Source: an uncultured Fibrobacteria bacterium
GTDB taxonomy: Bacteria > Fibrobacterota > Fibrobacteria > UBA11236
DNA: 64,000 nucleotides
Direction: 5' to 3'
NCBI GenBank assembly: GCA_963716395.1
Contig: OY970309.1
Location: 3,584,001-3,648,000, forward strand
Shown: positions 9,093 to 20,015 of the stretch, in pieces
How the letters are laid out: each line of letters opens with the position of its first letter
Position numbering within the stretch: the stretch's first letter is position 1
Position numbers and translations under genes: made by a program
The notes under the pieces: generated by a model
What the model was told of the DNA's origin: nothing
What the model saw: only the letters and a program-made list of their open reading frames with translations
The model's database searches: none

Positions 9093-10754
9093 TCATTCCC
9101 GCGTAAGTTCTTTGAACTCCGGCGTGGACCAAAGCAGCGACAGCTCCCGGTCACGACGCCACTTTTCGACTTCGGCACCTTGGTACGATTGTGATTTTTT
9201 TAACCACGTCAGCGCATCGGCGGCATCTTTCTTATAACAGAAACACTCCGCAATGCGCCAGCAGGCCTTGGCCGCCAGGCTATAAGACGCCATTGCATTT
9301 CGGTAGTCCGCGATGGCGGTGTCGTATTTCCCCAGGGCTTTCCAGGAATTGCCCCGCTGTAAAAAGGCCAGCATTCTGGCGCCGTTATATTCCTTGGGAG
9401 TCAGGAGGATAATCGCTTGGGAATACGCCGCAATGGCGCTGTCGTACTTGGATTCATCGGCCCACGCGACCCCTTTGCTGATGTAGGCCAAAGAGTGTTC
9501 CGGGGAAAGCATCAGGGTGCTGTCGAAATCGGAGATCGCCCGAGCGAGTTTTCGCATTTTGTAATAGGTCAATCCCCGGCCGAAGTAGGCGTTGGCAAAG
9601 TGAATGGTGGGATCGAACTCATAGCTCGTGCTATCCAGTCTGATCGCCGCGGTATAATCCGCAATCGCGGCATCATATCGGCCCAAATCCCGGTAGGTGC
9701 CCGCCCGCTTGCTGTAGGCGTCGGCGCTCGCCGGTTTCAATCTTATGGCGAGGGAATAATCCTGGATCGCCGCCGCATGTTGATTATTCAGGTCGCGGAG
9801 CACGCCCCGGTTGGTAAGGGCGTCGACATTGTTGCTGTCGAGCGAAAAGGCCGTGGTGTACTCGGAAATCGCGCTATCATACTGCTCGTCCATGTAGCGA
9901 GCCGGATCCGGGATATGGTGTTCCTGTGCGTAATGCAGCGTCAGCACGCGTTTGGATCGGTCATACAGGGCCGTACCCAGTCCATCATGTACCGGGGAGT
10001 TTTTCGGATTGACCGTCAGAGCCGCCCGATAGAAATTGACGGCCGAATCGTATTGCCCGGAAGCACGGAAGAGGTCTCCCATTCCACCCAGCGCCTCGTC
10101 GTTGCGGGGGTTTTGGGCCAGAATGCGTCGGTAGATCGCAAATGCGCCGGTAGAGTCGCTGCGCTTTTTCATCTGATCAGCCCGTCGCAGCAGCGCGCTT
10201 TCACTTTCGGCGACCAATTCGGTTTTTTGGATTGGCGGCGCCGAAACTCGGGGCGTAACGATCTGCCCCGAAAAGCTGGCAGATCTCGAAGTAACTGGAA
10301 CCGTATTCGCCTGCGCCAGGCGTGTTGCCGGGGCGGGAGCCGGATGTGCCGCGTTTTTCCGAAACGAGGAAGCCGGTGCGCGCTTTTTTGGTTTCTGCGG
10401 CGATGCGGTCCGCTTCGCCGGCAAAAAAAAGCGCACAGCCTGCCCGGGCAACGGTGAATTAATTTCCGCCGCGGCTTGCTCCTCCTCCGGTTGAGAAAAT
10501 TGAACTGCGTTTGCTTGCGGGGAAACCGGGGAAACCAAAAGTTGCGCGGGCACGCGGGCACGCGGCGCCAGCCGCAGACCAAATCCCATTCCGAGACCAA
10601 AAAGCAGGGCCAGCAAACAAATAAGATAAAGGCTTCGATTCCCCTCGATTTCAAAAATATCCGGGCGAGCGCTCAAAACATTTAAAAATTCCGCGCCGCC
10701 AAATTCGCGCTCGAAAGGTTTTGCTTTCAAAATTCTTTTTCCACCACGCCTCAT
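9093..10754 (-). CDS. membrane-anchored tetratricopeptide repeat protein
   Basis: One TM segment, a Pro/Ala-rich linker and many TPR units (AYxxRG...AIxDY); true start uncertain. Confidence 0.85.
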   Translation of the reverse strand: MRRGGKRILKAKPFEREFGGAEFLNVLSARPDIFEIEGNRSLYLICLLALLFGLGMGFGLRLAPRARVPAQLLVSPVSPQANAVQFSQPEEEQAAAEINSPLPGQAVRFFLPAKRTASPQKPKKRAPASSFRKNAAHPAPAPATRLAQANTVPVTSRSASFSGQIVTPRVSAPPIQKTELVAESESALLRRADQMKKRSDSTGAFAIYRRILAQNPRNDEALGGMGDLFRASGQYDSAVNFYRAALTVNPKNSPVHDGLGTALYDRSKRVLTLHYAQEHHIPDPARYMDEQYDSAISEYTTAFSLDSNNVDALTNRGVLRDLNNQHAAAIQDYSLAIRLKPASADAYSKRAGTYRDLGRYDAAIADYTAAIRLDSTSYEFDPTIHFANAYFGRGLTYYKMRKLARAISDFDSTLMLSPEHSLAYISKGVAWADESKYDSAIAAYSQAIILLTPKEYNGARMLAFLQRGNSWKALGKYDTAIADYRNAMASYSLAAKACWRIAECFCYKKDAADALTWLKKSQSYQGAEVEKWRRDRELSLLWSTPEFKELTRE

Positions 10755-10802
10755 GGTTATACCAAGATACCCGTGTCCAAATTCCGATCTGGAAACCGGC
10801 CC

Positions 10803-12752
10803 TTAAATTCCCGTGAATAACTGCGAGTAGAGGTGGTGTGCAGACTGCACCTCCACCCGGTAAGCGCCGGGACGCAAGGTCCGCGGAAGCGAGAATTGTT
10901 GCGGGCTGCGGCCGTTCGCCACGAACAACTGCCGCCCCGCCATATCGACGACCCGCAAGACATAGTCCTCGTTCAGATCAACGTCCAGGGTGGAGGCGCG
11001 CAGCGCGATCCAGCGCGAAGAGGGCGGCAGCGGAACGATGTCGACCATCGATGTGGGAGTGATTTCGATCAAGGAAACGCCGAAGCGCGGCAAAGCGAAG
11101 TTCAGCGCGATCTGCCCGTTGGCCGAAGTCATCTGCTGTTGCGGATTCAACAATTCCAATTGCATGTACTTGTGCAGCGTATCCAGTTGCGAAGGCGTGG
11201 GATGCGCCGGGCTGCCCATCGCGATCCACTTGGTGTTGGCGTTGCTGTGTGTCGTATCCATGCGCCAGTGGGTGACATAAACCTGGGAGGGGAAGGTCGA
11301 CGGCAGTGTTACGGTGAGGTTGATGACCGCATCGGGAACCGGCACGATATCATCGTGATAATTCCACAGCAACACCTGCACGCTCGAATCGGACTTGGCT
11401 GCGATGCCGTCGATGTCGGGAGCCTGGGTGCCGCGCAACGCGCTGGGATTGTTCAGGATGTAAGCCAGGCCCAATGCGCCGCTGCTGACAACGGGAATGC
11501 GCGTACCGTGCAAGCGCCCCAGCATCTTGAACACGTTGGCCACCGGTTTTTGCACACCGTTGTCGGCGAGATCGCGATACCCATCGATGAACGGTTGCGT
11601 CGAATCGTTGAACTCCCACGCCCAGGCCAACAACGCGCGCAGATGCACGCCGAGACTGTCGGCGAGAGTGAGCGTGTGTTTCATCATCGCGGCTTCGTAA
11701 GCTCCGTAGGCCGGCACGTTGCGATAGGCGTTGGCGGGCGTGGTGCTGATCGGGCATGCCGCGCATCCGTCGGGATCGGCTTCACCCACGACGATGGGTT
11801 TGCTCTTGAACTCTCCGCCGTTCACCGTGTCGACGCTGGTGAAACCCGTTTTGTGCAAAATCAATTGATTCCGCAGCGACATTTCCACATGTCCATTGAC
11901 GATAGCCGTTCCGCCCTTGGCGTGAAAGCTGACCTGATCCAACCGCGTTCCCGTCGCGCCGGTGACGGCATTCTTCCCCGTGGCGCAGTGGGACAGAAAC
12001 GGGGCAATACTGTAGGGACTGGCCATTTCCGGACCGCTGAGCTGCGCATTCGGCATCACGGAATGCAGCGCGGCTTCGGTGTAATCGAACAGGGTATCAT
12101 AGGCGTTGGTCTTGGCGGTCAGGCTGCTGGTGTTCGGCATCCAGTAACCGCCGTCCGGCTCGTTCCACAATTCCCACACCCAGTTCTGCTCGGCGTTGGG
12201 ATAGCGGTTCTGCACGTGCGCCGCCACCGAATCGATCAGCGTGGCCCATTTCGCATAGCTCGTGGGCGGGTACATGCAGCCGCCATTGAGCGTGGTGTAG
12301 GTGCTGTTGCGATAGGGCGTGCCGGCAGGAGCCGACGTCAGGGCCTGCGGCATGAAGGCGAAGTCGAAATACGGAAACGCGCCCGCGCCGGTGATGGCGT
12401 CATTGATGCTGTCGAGCGTCTTCCAGTTGTACACGGGTTGACCGTTCACTTCGGAATACACGTCGGTGGAACCCCACTTCAATCCCGGCGGCCCGGAGGT
12501 GTTGTTCAAGAGAAAGTGCGTGCGGATGTAAATCGGATCATGGCTGTTGGAAACCAACGCGGCCAGCAAATCCTTACTGGGTTGCGTGGTCGTGTAATTG
12601 TCTTCGTCGTATCCGTGCCAGCTCCAAACATCATTGAGCGTGGTGCCGGCCGCGGTCGCATCGACGGAAACGGTCACCGTTTGCGCGTCCACGCCGGCGG
12701 CTAAAATCGCGATGATGCACGAAAATTTATAGTTCGCGGGACAAAACGACAT
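10803..12752 (-). CDS. secreted GH39-like glycoside hydrolase (beta-xylosidase-like) with C-terminal secretion-type domain
   Basis: Signal peptide; GYDE, IRTHFLL, WELWNEPD (acid/base), SFHAKG, GEADP (nucleophile); C-terminal V.D..GR...PGAY.V tail. Confidence 0.85.
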   Translation of the reverse strand: MSFCPANYKFSCIIAILAAGVDAQTVTVSVDATAAGTTLNDVWSWHGYDEDNYTTTQPSKDLLAALVSNSHDPIYIRTHFLLNNTSGPPGLKWGSTDVYSEVNGQPVYNWKTLDSINDAITGAGAFPYFDFAFMPQALTSAPAGTPYRNSTYTTLNGGCMYPPTSYAKWATLIDSVAAHVQNRYPNAEQNWVWELWNEPDGGYWMPNTSSLTAKTNAYDTLFDYTEAALHSVMPNAQLSGPEMASPYSIAPFLSHCATGKNAVTGATGTRLDQVSFHAKGGTAIVNGHVEMSLRNQLILHKTGFTSVDTVNGGEFKSKPIVVGEADPDGCAACPISTTPANAYRNVPAYGAYEAAMMKHTLTLADSLGVHLRALLAWAWEFNDSTQPFIDGYRDLADNGVQKPVANVFKMLGRLHGTRIPVVSSGALGLAYILNNPSALRGTQAPDIDGIAAKSDSSVQVLLWNYHDDIVPVPDAVINLTVTLPSTFPSQVYVTHWRMDTTHSNANTKWIAMGSPAHPTPSQLDTLHKYMQLELLNPQQQMTSANGQIALNFALPRFGVSLIEITPTSMVDIVPLPPSSRWIALRASTLDVDLNEDYVLRVVDMAGRQLFVANGRSPQQFSLPRTLRPGAYRVEVQSAHHLYSQLFTGI

Positions 12753-13050
12753 GCAAAGTCTCCCGAAGCATCAGGCACCTATGAATCACTTATGAATATA
12801 AGGCCTTTGTGATGCGCGCACGGCTGAATAGGCACAGAGTTCTTATCGACCCTGATGGCGAGGAACATCCTTGCAAGCCATGGGGAGAACTCCCGACAAT
12901 CGCTCTTGCTTTCCCGCTTACCCTGACCCGGGAAAATCGTGTGCCGATCATTCATTCCGCCCCCCAGTTTACGCAATTTTAATCCACATCCAGCCGCAGG
13001 GAATTCGGCCCAAGGGATCATTAAGCCGCAGCTTTGCAGAAAGGCCCAGC

Positions 13051-14502
13051 ATGCAAAACCCGAACCCAATCAAACACGTCATCCTTTTGCTGCTCGAAAA
13101 CCATTCCTTTGACCAAATGCTTGGTTGCTTCCAGTCGGTGAAGCCCGGCCTTGACGGTGTCGACCCAAACCACCTGCACTCCTGCGTCGATAAGGACGGG
13201 CGGTCCTTCACCCAAACGGAAACCGACGAGGTGCAAACCGCCTTTGACCCCAAGCATGAATTCGTGAACGTGCGCACGCAATTGCAGAATCAAAACGCAG
13301 GCTTCCTCCGCGATTTTTCCACCGCCTACCCCAAAAGCCGCCGGGAGGATCGCCGGCAGATCATGGGCTATTACGGTCTGGATAAACTGCCCGCCCTCCA
13401 TGCCCTGGCCCGGGATTTCACCATCTGCGATCGCTGGTTCTCCTCCCTACCCGGCCCCACGTGGCCCAACCGTTTTTTCGCGCTCACCGGCACCTCCCAC
13501 GGCGAAATCGAAATGCCCTCCGGGGCGCAACAGATCGACCCCCGTTGGTATTTGCACCAGACCCAGGACACGATCTTCGAACGCCTCAACCAGGCCGGGA
13601 AAAAATGGAAAGTCTACTACTACGATTTTCCCAACTCCTGGCTGTTGCTGCGCCAACTGGAACCCCAAAACGTGATCCACTACCAACACATCGACGACTT
13701 CTTCAACCACGACTCCCGCAACGCCGCCGACTTTCCCGACTTCACCTTCATCGAGCCCAAATACTTCGGCCAGGACCAGAACGACGATCATCCGCCCCAC
13801 AACGTCATGAAGGCTGAAAAGCTCATCGCCGACGTCTATAACGCCCTCCGTTCGAACCGGGAATTATGGGAATCGTCGCTGCTCATCGTCACCTTCGACG
13901 AGCATGGCGGCTTCTACGATCACGTCGTTCCCCCGGCCGCCGTTCCGCCCGACGGCAAGACATCGAAGTATGCCTTCAACCAATACGGGTTGCGCGTCCC
14001 GGCGCTGCTCGTATCGCCTTGGGTTGCCCGCGGCGTCGAGCACACGGTGTTTGATCATACCAGCGTGCTGAAATACCTGACTTTGAAATGGGGTCTCGAC
14101 AAGCTGACCGACCGTTCCGATCAGGCGAACAGCATCGAGATGGCCCTCACGGAATCCGCTCCCCGCACCGATACCATCCCCTTTATCCGCGTGCCCTATT
14201 CGGTGCTGATTCCGCCCCGAACCGATCTGGAAAAAGAGAATTTCAACGCGCATCAACTGGCCATGCAAGGATTCTCGACCTTCCTATCCGGGAAGATGGA
14301 AACGTCCACCGCCGTAGAAACGAAAAAGCCGGTCGTATGGATCACCCGGGGCAAGAATTTCCTCGGCCGCCTCTTTCTGCGCGCCGGCAACGCGCTGACC
14401 AGTTCGTACCAAAAGTCGCAGGTGACCCAGGTGGAAAACCTCGCCCGCCTCGCCAAGGCGCTGGCGGAAAAAAGCGTCATGCTCAAGAAGCTCGCTGAAT
14501 AA
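13051..14502 (+). CDS. phosphoesterase / phospholipase C family protein
   Basis: [49 protein letters not shown] motifs; no signal peptide seen. Confidence 0.9.
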   Translation: MQNPNPIKHVILLLLENHSFDQMLGCFQSVKPGLDGVDPNHLHSCVDKDGRSFTQTETDEVQTAFDPKHEFVNVRTQLQNQNAGFLRDFSTAYPKSRREDRRQIMGYYGLDKLPALHALARDFTICDRWFSSLPGPTWPNRFFALTGTSHGEIEMPSGAQQIDPRWYLHQTQDTIFERLNQAGKKWKVYYYDFPNSWLLLRQLEPQNVIHYQHIDDFFNHDSRNAADFPDFTFIEPKYFGQDQNDDHPPHNVMKAEKLIADVYNALRSNRELWESSLLIVTFDEHGGFYDHVVPPAAVPPDGKTSKYAFNQYGLRVPALLVSPWVARGVEHTVFDHTSVLKYLTLKWGLDKLTDRSDQANSIEMALTESAPRTDTIPFIRVPYSVLIPPRTDLEKENFNAHQLAMQGFSTFLSGKMETSTAVETKKPVVWITRGKNFLGRLFLRAGNALTSSYQKSQVTQVENLARLAKALAEKSVMLKKLAE

Positions 14503-14503
14503 A

Positions 14504-14698
14504 TCACTCGATAGCCCACTCCGCGCATAACAACTCCGCCTGTGCCAGCACGGTTTTAACCGCTTCTTCCTGCAAATCGGGCGGGTACCCGTATTTGTTC
14601 AAGATCCGTTTCACCATCACCTTGATCTTCGCCCGCGCGCTTTCGCGCAAAGTCCAATCGATGGTCACGCTTTCGCGAACCTTGGTGATCAATTCGGC
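14504..14698 (-). pseudogene. hsdR: C-terminal remnant of a type I restriction enzyme R subunit (DUF3387-like tail)
   Basis: [43 protein letters not shown] closely resembles the HsdR C-terminus at 22587-22800; no upstream portion is present. Confidence 0.85.
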
Positions 14699-14699
14699 G

Positions 14700-16247
14700 T
14701 GGGCCGCTGCTGATCAATTCCGGGCCAATTCCGGTTTGACCTCGGCCCAATACTCCCAGCCCGTACTGGGATTGATCTTCCTGCGCTTCGCTGAAGTCCG
14801 CTTCACCAAATTGCGGGCCAAGCTGGAAAAATCTTCGGCCTCCACGCGCCGCGGTTCGCGCGTCGACGACCCCGCCGCTTATCATGCCGAAGGTGTGCTT
14901 TACCTTGCACCCAATGCCCGCTTCGATGCTCTCTTGGCTTTGCCCGAAGGCAAGGATATGGGCAAAGCGTTGAACGAGGCCATACGCGATGTCGAAAAGC
15001 AAAATGCCCAACTCGCGGGCGTGTTGCCCCGAACATTCAACCTTTTCACCGGCACCTTACTAAAGGAATTGCTCAAAAAGGTTTCGGAAATTCCGGATTC
15101 GTTGGACTATGACGCTTTCGGCCGCATCTACGAATATTTTCTGGGCGAATTCGCCCGCAACGAAGGTTCGAAAGGCGGAGAGTTTTACACCCCGGCCTGC
15201 ATTGTGCGTTTCATGGCCGAAGTGCTGGAGCCTTTTCACGGCTTGATTTTGGATCCGTCCTGCGGATCCGGCGGCATGTTCGTGCCAAGCGCGCGCTTTG
15301 TGGCCGAGCACAAGAAAAATCCCGCCTCCGAATTGTCCGTACATGGTCAGGAAAAAGTGGGCGACACCATCAAGCTATGCCGCATGAACCTTGCCGTGCA
15401 TGGCTTGGAAGGTGACATCCGCGAAACCAACAGCTATTACGAAAATCCGCATAAGGCCGTCGGGCGCTTTGATTTCGTCATGGCCAATCCGCCTTTCAAC
15501 GTGAATGCCGTGGACAAAGAAAGGCTCAAAGACGCCGTGGGCCATGGCCGCCGCTTTCCGTTTGGCCTACCTCGCGCCGACAACGGCAACACTTTGTGGA
15601 TTCAACTTTTCTATTCGTCGCTCAATGCCAAAGGCCGCGCCGCTTTTGTCATGGCCAATTCAGCCTCGGATGCGCGTTCTTCGGAACAGGACATTCGTCG
15701 CAAGCTCATCGAAGCCAAGGCCGTGGACGTGATGGTGGCCGTAGGGCCGAACATGTTTTACACCGTCACCTTGCCCTGCACTTTATGGTTTTTGGATCGT
15801 GGCAAAACCAAAACCCCGCGCGCCGACAAGGTGTTGTTTCTTGACGCGCGTCACGTTTACCGCCAACTCGATCGCGCCCATCGCGATTGGAGCGAAGCGC
15901 AAATCGGTTTCTTGGCCAATGTGGTGCGCCTGTATCGCGGCGAAGAATTGGATGTGGTGTTCGGCGACGGCGAGGCCGAAGAAAAAGTCAAGGAAGTGTT
16001 CGGCAAGAAACCCAAGTACAAAGATGTGCCGGGTCTTTGCAAAGTCGCGACTCTCAAGGAAATCGAAACGCAAGGTTGGTCGCTGAACCCAGGCCGCTAT
16101 GTGGGCGTGGCGCCGGGTGAAGAAATCGATGACGAAGAGTTTAAGGAAAAATTCGCGGCGTTGAATGAAGAGTTGGAGGAGTTGAATTTAAAAGCGCGGG
16201 AGTTGGAAAATAATATCTCAGTGAACGTAAAAGAAATTCTGAATTAA
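14700..16247 (+). pseudogene. hsdM: type I RM methyltransferase HsdM, 5' truncated
   Basis: Homology starts abruptly at [13 protein letters not shown]; [26 protein letters not shown] present; the native start is replaced by the antisense hsdR remnant. Confidence 0.85.
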
Positions 16248-16249
16248 TC

Positions 16250-18030
16250 GTGCCTACACTTTGGAATTATTGCAAGCTAGGCGATTTAATAGAAATAAAG
16301 CACGGGTTTGCTTTCCTAGGCGAATTTTTTTCTGCTACTGGAACCCACATTGTTTTGACTCCAGGGAATTTCATCGAAAAGGCGGCTTCATACAAAAAGA
16401 AGGCAAGGAAAAATGGTATTCCGGTCCAATTCCTGCCGACTATGTCTTGAATGAAGGCGATTTAATTGTCGCAATGACAGAGCAAGCCGAAGGATTACTT
16501 GGCAGTAGTGCGCTTATTCCGAAAAACGGACTTTATTTACACAATCAACGCCTCGGCCTCATTCGGATTAAAGATCCTGCGAATGCCGATAAAGCGTTTC
16601 TCTATCATTTGTTCAATCTCCAGACCGTTCGTCAACAGATTAGGGGCTCCTCAAGTGGTACAAAAATCCGTCATACGTCTCCTTCAAGAATTGCGGAAGT
16701 AAAAGTCCGCGTTCCCCCTCTCCCCATCCAGCGCCGCATCGCCGGCATTCTCTCGGCCTACGATGACTTGACCGAAAACAACCAACGCCGCATTCGCATT
16801 CTCGAAGAAATGGCCCGTTCGCTGTATCACGAATGGTTCGTGCATTTCCGTTTTCCCGGGCATGAAGGCATGCGCATGGTGGATTCGCCGATGGGGAAAA
16901 TTCCGGAGGGGTGGGAGGTGAAGAAGCTTGGGGAAATTTTGGAACTGAAATATGGAAAAGGTTTGAAACAAGAAGAGAGAAATGAAGGACCATTCCCTGT
17001 TTTCGGTTCAAGCGGTATCGTTGGATATCATGATGAAAGTTTAGTGAAAGGCCCCGGTATTATTGTCGGAAGAAAAGGGAACGTCGGAAGTGTTTTTTGG
17101 AGTGATGTAGACTTTTATCCCATTGATACAGCCTATTTCGTCACATCATCTTTGCCTTTGCGTTTCATGTTCTATGACCTTCAGACAAAAAATTTCATCA
17201 ATAACGATGCAGCTGTTCCCGGCTTGAGTCGTCATCAAGCTTATTCATTGGAGACGATGGTTCCATCTGCGGATGCAATCGCGAAATTTTGCTCGCTCGC
17301 CGATGTTTTCGAGCGACAAGCGTCAAGTTTGAGACACCAAGTCGAAAACCTCCGCCGAACGCGCGATCTTCTTTTACCCAAATTGTTGTCCGGCCAAATC
17401 CCCGTAGCCGCAGAAGAAGAGTCCAAGGTCGTGGCCTTTCCACACAAGGCGGAAAAAGAAAAAGCGCCAAACAAAGAATTCATCGAAGCCTTGATCATCG
17501 CGGCTTTGGTGCGCAAGCTAGTAGACCGTCCGAATTTTCCACTAGGCGCTTTTCGCCGCCAGAAATTCGCGTACTTCGCGCATCGCAAGGCCGAGCATGA
17601 TGTGACGGCGCAATACTTGAAAAAAGCGGCCGGGCCTTACAGTCCGTGGACCAAATACGGCGGGCCGGAAAAAATCGCCCAGACGAACGGCTATGTCGTT
17701 TGGGAAAAATCCGGATCGAAAGAAGGTTTTGTGCCTGGCCCGAAAATCGGGGAAATCGATCGCTATTTGCCGCATCAATCCATCGCGCCTGCCATTGATT
17801 GGGTGGTTGAGAAATTCCACTATGTGAAGAACACACAATTGGAATTGCTTTCCACCGTCGATTTCGCTTCCGAAGAATTGCGCCGGGTGAACCGCCCGGT
17901 TACGGTGGCTGAAATCCGTAAGTTAATCGCGGAAGATAAGGAATGGGCGCCTAAGTTGGATCGGGAATTGTTTTCCGCAGCCAAGGTGGTTGAGGCGCTG
18001 AGGGAATTGGAAAGCCTGTTTTCGACGTGA
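16250..18030 (+). pseudogene. hsdS: type I RM specificity subunit HsdS with ~200-aa C-terminal extension; one frameshift at 16377-16380
   Basis: Two TRDs with conserved spacers (PPLPIQRRIAGILSAYDDL, IPEGWE, RDLLLPKLLSG). ORFs 16250..16450 and 16261..18030 join if one A is added to the A4 run (NFIEKGGF). Confidence 0.85.
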
Positions 18031-18101
18031 TTCGGCCGCTTTTGATGTGCTGCCTCGACTTTTCGGTTGCTTTCTTTCATTATTAAGCGTACTTTCACCA
18101 C

Positions 18102-19202
18102 ATGGTGAAACCATTTAAAATACTGAAAGAGGCTGAATTCGCTCCCAAATTTGAAATCCGGCTAAGGGAATTGCTGGGCCGCGTGCCGCCGCTGCAAATC
18201 AAATCCTTGAAGCACGACGCACGGTTGACCCCAGAATCAAACCAGCGACCCGATTGGTTGCTACAGACGCAAGTGGGTGGCAAACCCTGGACCTTGATCG
18301 CCGAGGCCAAAAATTTGGGTCAGCCTCTGGAAATTCGCAGGGCTACACAGCAGTTACGTCATTACTTGTCTTTGCTTCCGGGCCATAACAAATACGGTAT
18401 TGTCCTGGCGCCTTTTATTTCCACCGAGTCGGCTCGCATTTGCACGGAAGCGGAATTGGGGTATGCCGATCTCTCGGGCAATGCCCATCTCGCCTTCGGC
18501 AGCGTATTCATCGAAACCAAAGCGGCCGAAAATGCTTTCAAACGACGCAAAGAAACGAAGTCGTTGTTTTCCACCAAGGCGCAAAGGGTGTTGCGAGTTT
18601 TATTGCAAGGACCATTGCATCCTTGGAAGGTGTCCGCTTTGGCAAACGAGGCGCGCGTGAGTTTGGGTTGGGCCAGCGCCGTGAAACAACAATTGCTGGC
18701 GCAAGAATGGGCTGTCGACGGATTACAGGGACTGATATTGAAAAAACCCGATACGTTGCTCGACGAATGGGCCAAGGCGGATCGTTGGCGTGATCGCACT
18801 GAGATTCGCCAATACTCGCTGTTACATGCGGAGCCGCTTGAAATTGCGCAACGGCTGGGAAAGACGTTGGGGAAAACCCGACATGCTTTTACCCAATGGT
18901 TCGCAGGCTGGCTACGTCATCCTTATACCACGCCTCCGATAGTGACGGCTTATGTGGATTTTTGGCCGGATGAAAAAAAATTAGAGAACGGAATTCTGGC
19001 CCGTCGCGTCAGCGAAGGGGCAAAATTGTGGCTGGTGAAACCGCGTGACGAAGGCGTCTTTTACCCGGCGCAAAAAAAAGACGGATTCGAATTGGTTTCC
19101 GACGCGCAGATTTATCTCGATTTACTTGGAGCCGGACAACGCGGCGACGAACAAGCCACCGAATTGCGTAAGCAAAAGGATTTTTGCGGAGGTTGGAATT
19201 GA
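18102..19202 (+). CDS. AbiEi-like (DUF2186-type) type IV TA antitoxin / regulator
   Basis: N-terminal PD..EAK-like segment, wHTH (WKVSALANEARVSLGWAS), C-terminal VSDAQIYLDLL...RGDEQA pattern; coupled to a nucleotidyltransferase. Confidence 0.7.
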   Translation: MVKPFKILKEAEFAPKFEIRLRELLGRVPPLQIKSLKHDARLTPESNQRPDWLLQTQVGGKPWTLIAEAKNLGQPLEIRRATQQLRHYLSLLPGHNKYGIVLAPFISTESARICTEAELGYADLSGNAHLAFGSVFIETKAAENAFKRRKETKSLFSTKAQRVLRVLLQGPLHPWKVSALANEARVSLGWASAVKQQLLAQEWAVDGLQGLILKKPDTLLDEWAKADRWRDRTEIRQYSLLHAEPLEIAQRLGKTLGKTRHAFTQWFAGWLRHPYTTPPIVTAYVDFWPDEKKLENGILARRVSEGAKLWLVKPRDEGVFYPAQKKDGFELVSDAQIYLDLLGAGQRGDEQATELRKQKDFCGGWN

Positions 19203-20008
19203 CCAAGTTCGGAAGCTTCGACAAATATCCACCCAGAAGTTTGGCCTCGGCCGAAGCTGCATTGCTGACGGCCTGGCGTTCGTTGACGCGCTATGAAGAT
19301 GACTTGGTGCTCATCGGCGGATTGGCCGTGCATTATCTGACCCGCAAGGATGTGGCCGGATTGCCAGGCGCTGTGACCATGGATGTGGATTTCGGGATTT
19401 CGTTGGCGGCTGAAAGCGGACAATATGGTACGATTCAATCGGATTTATCCGGACTGGGTTTCATGCAAAAAAATTCCAGATGGGAGCAGGATTTCGACGG
19501 TATGAACTTATACATCGATTTTCTCTCCGATGCGGAATCCGCGGCGGGTGGATCGCGAATGGTTGATGGCACAACCGTCAGCTTGATTCCGGGTATCAAT
19601 CGGGCCTTGGCCAAGCGTCGTAAAATCAACGTGCCTGGAAAGGATCTTTGTGGAGTCCATCAGGCTTGCGAAATCAACGTGGCTGATATTGGACCTCTCC
19701 TCGTCCTCAAACTCAACGCTTTCGGAGGCCCCACCGGAAGACGCGCGCACAAAGATGCGTATGACGTTTTGCTTGCCGTCACGGGTTTTGTGGATGGACC
19801 CGAAGCCGCGATTGCCGCTTTTCATGCCGAAGCTTCGGCTGGGAATTCCGCTTTTGCATCGGCGAGAAAATGTTTGCGAAAAGATTTTATTGATCCGGAT
19901 CAGGATGGCCCAGCTCGGGCCGCTGCGTTTCATCCGGGAAGCACAGAAGAACGTCAACGCGTTCGTCAAGCCACAGTGACCGTAGGAAAAATGTTGTTCG
20001 GCAACTGA
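19199..20008 (+). CDS. AbiEii-like nucleotidyltransferase toxin
   Basis: LVLIGGLAV...TMDVDF...LK...KDAYDV Pol-beta-type NTase motifs; TTG start overlaps the upstream TGA and has a GGAGG RBS. Confidence 0.7.
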   Translation: MTKFGSFDKYPPRSLASAEAALLTAWRSLTRYEDDLVLIGGLAVHYLTRKDVAGLPGAVTMDVDFGISLAAESGQYGTIQSDLSGLGFMQKNSRWEQDFDGMNLYIDFLSDAESAAGGSRMVDGTTVSLIPGINRALAKRRKINVPGKDLCGVHQACEINVADIGPLLVLKLNAFGGPTGRRAHKDAYDVLLAVTGFVDGPEAAIAAFHAEASAGNSAFASARKCLRKDFIDPDQDGPARAAAFHPGSTEERQRVRQATVTVGKMLFGN

Positions 20009-20015
20009 GACTTGA

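Noticed and set aside
10833-12704. Long antisense ORFs (also 9417..10457, 35246..36730, 56233..57429, 58709..59899)
   Set aside because: Typical stop-poor alternative frames of high-GC genes, with no motifs of their own.
12753-13050. Distal att site duplicating the tmRNA 3' end
   Set aside because: No recognisable copy was found by eye here or at 14500-14700, so the island's left end stays undefined.
16377-16380. Phase-variable homopolymer switch in hsdS
   Set aside because: An A4/A5 run is too short for a contingency locus; mutation or sequencing error is more likely.
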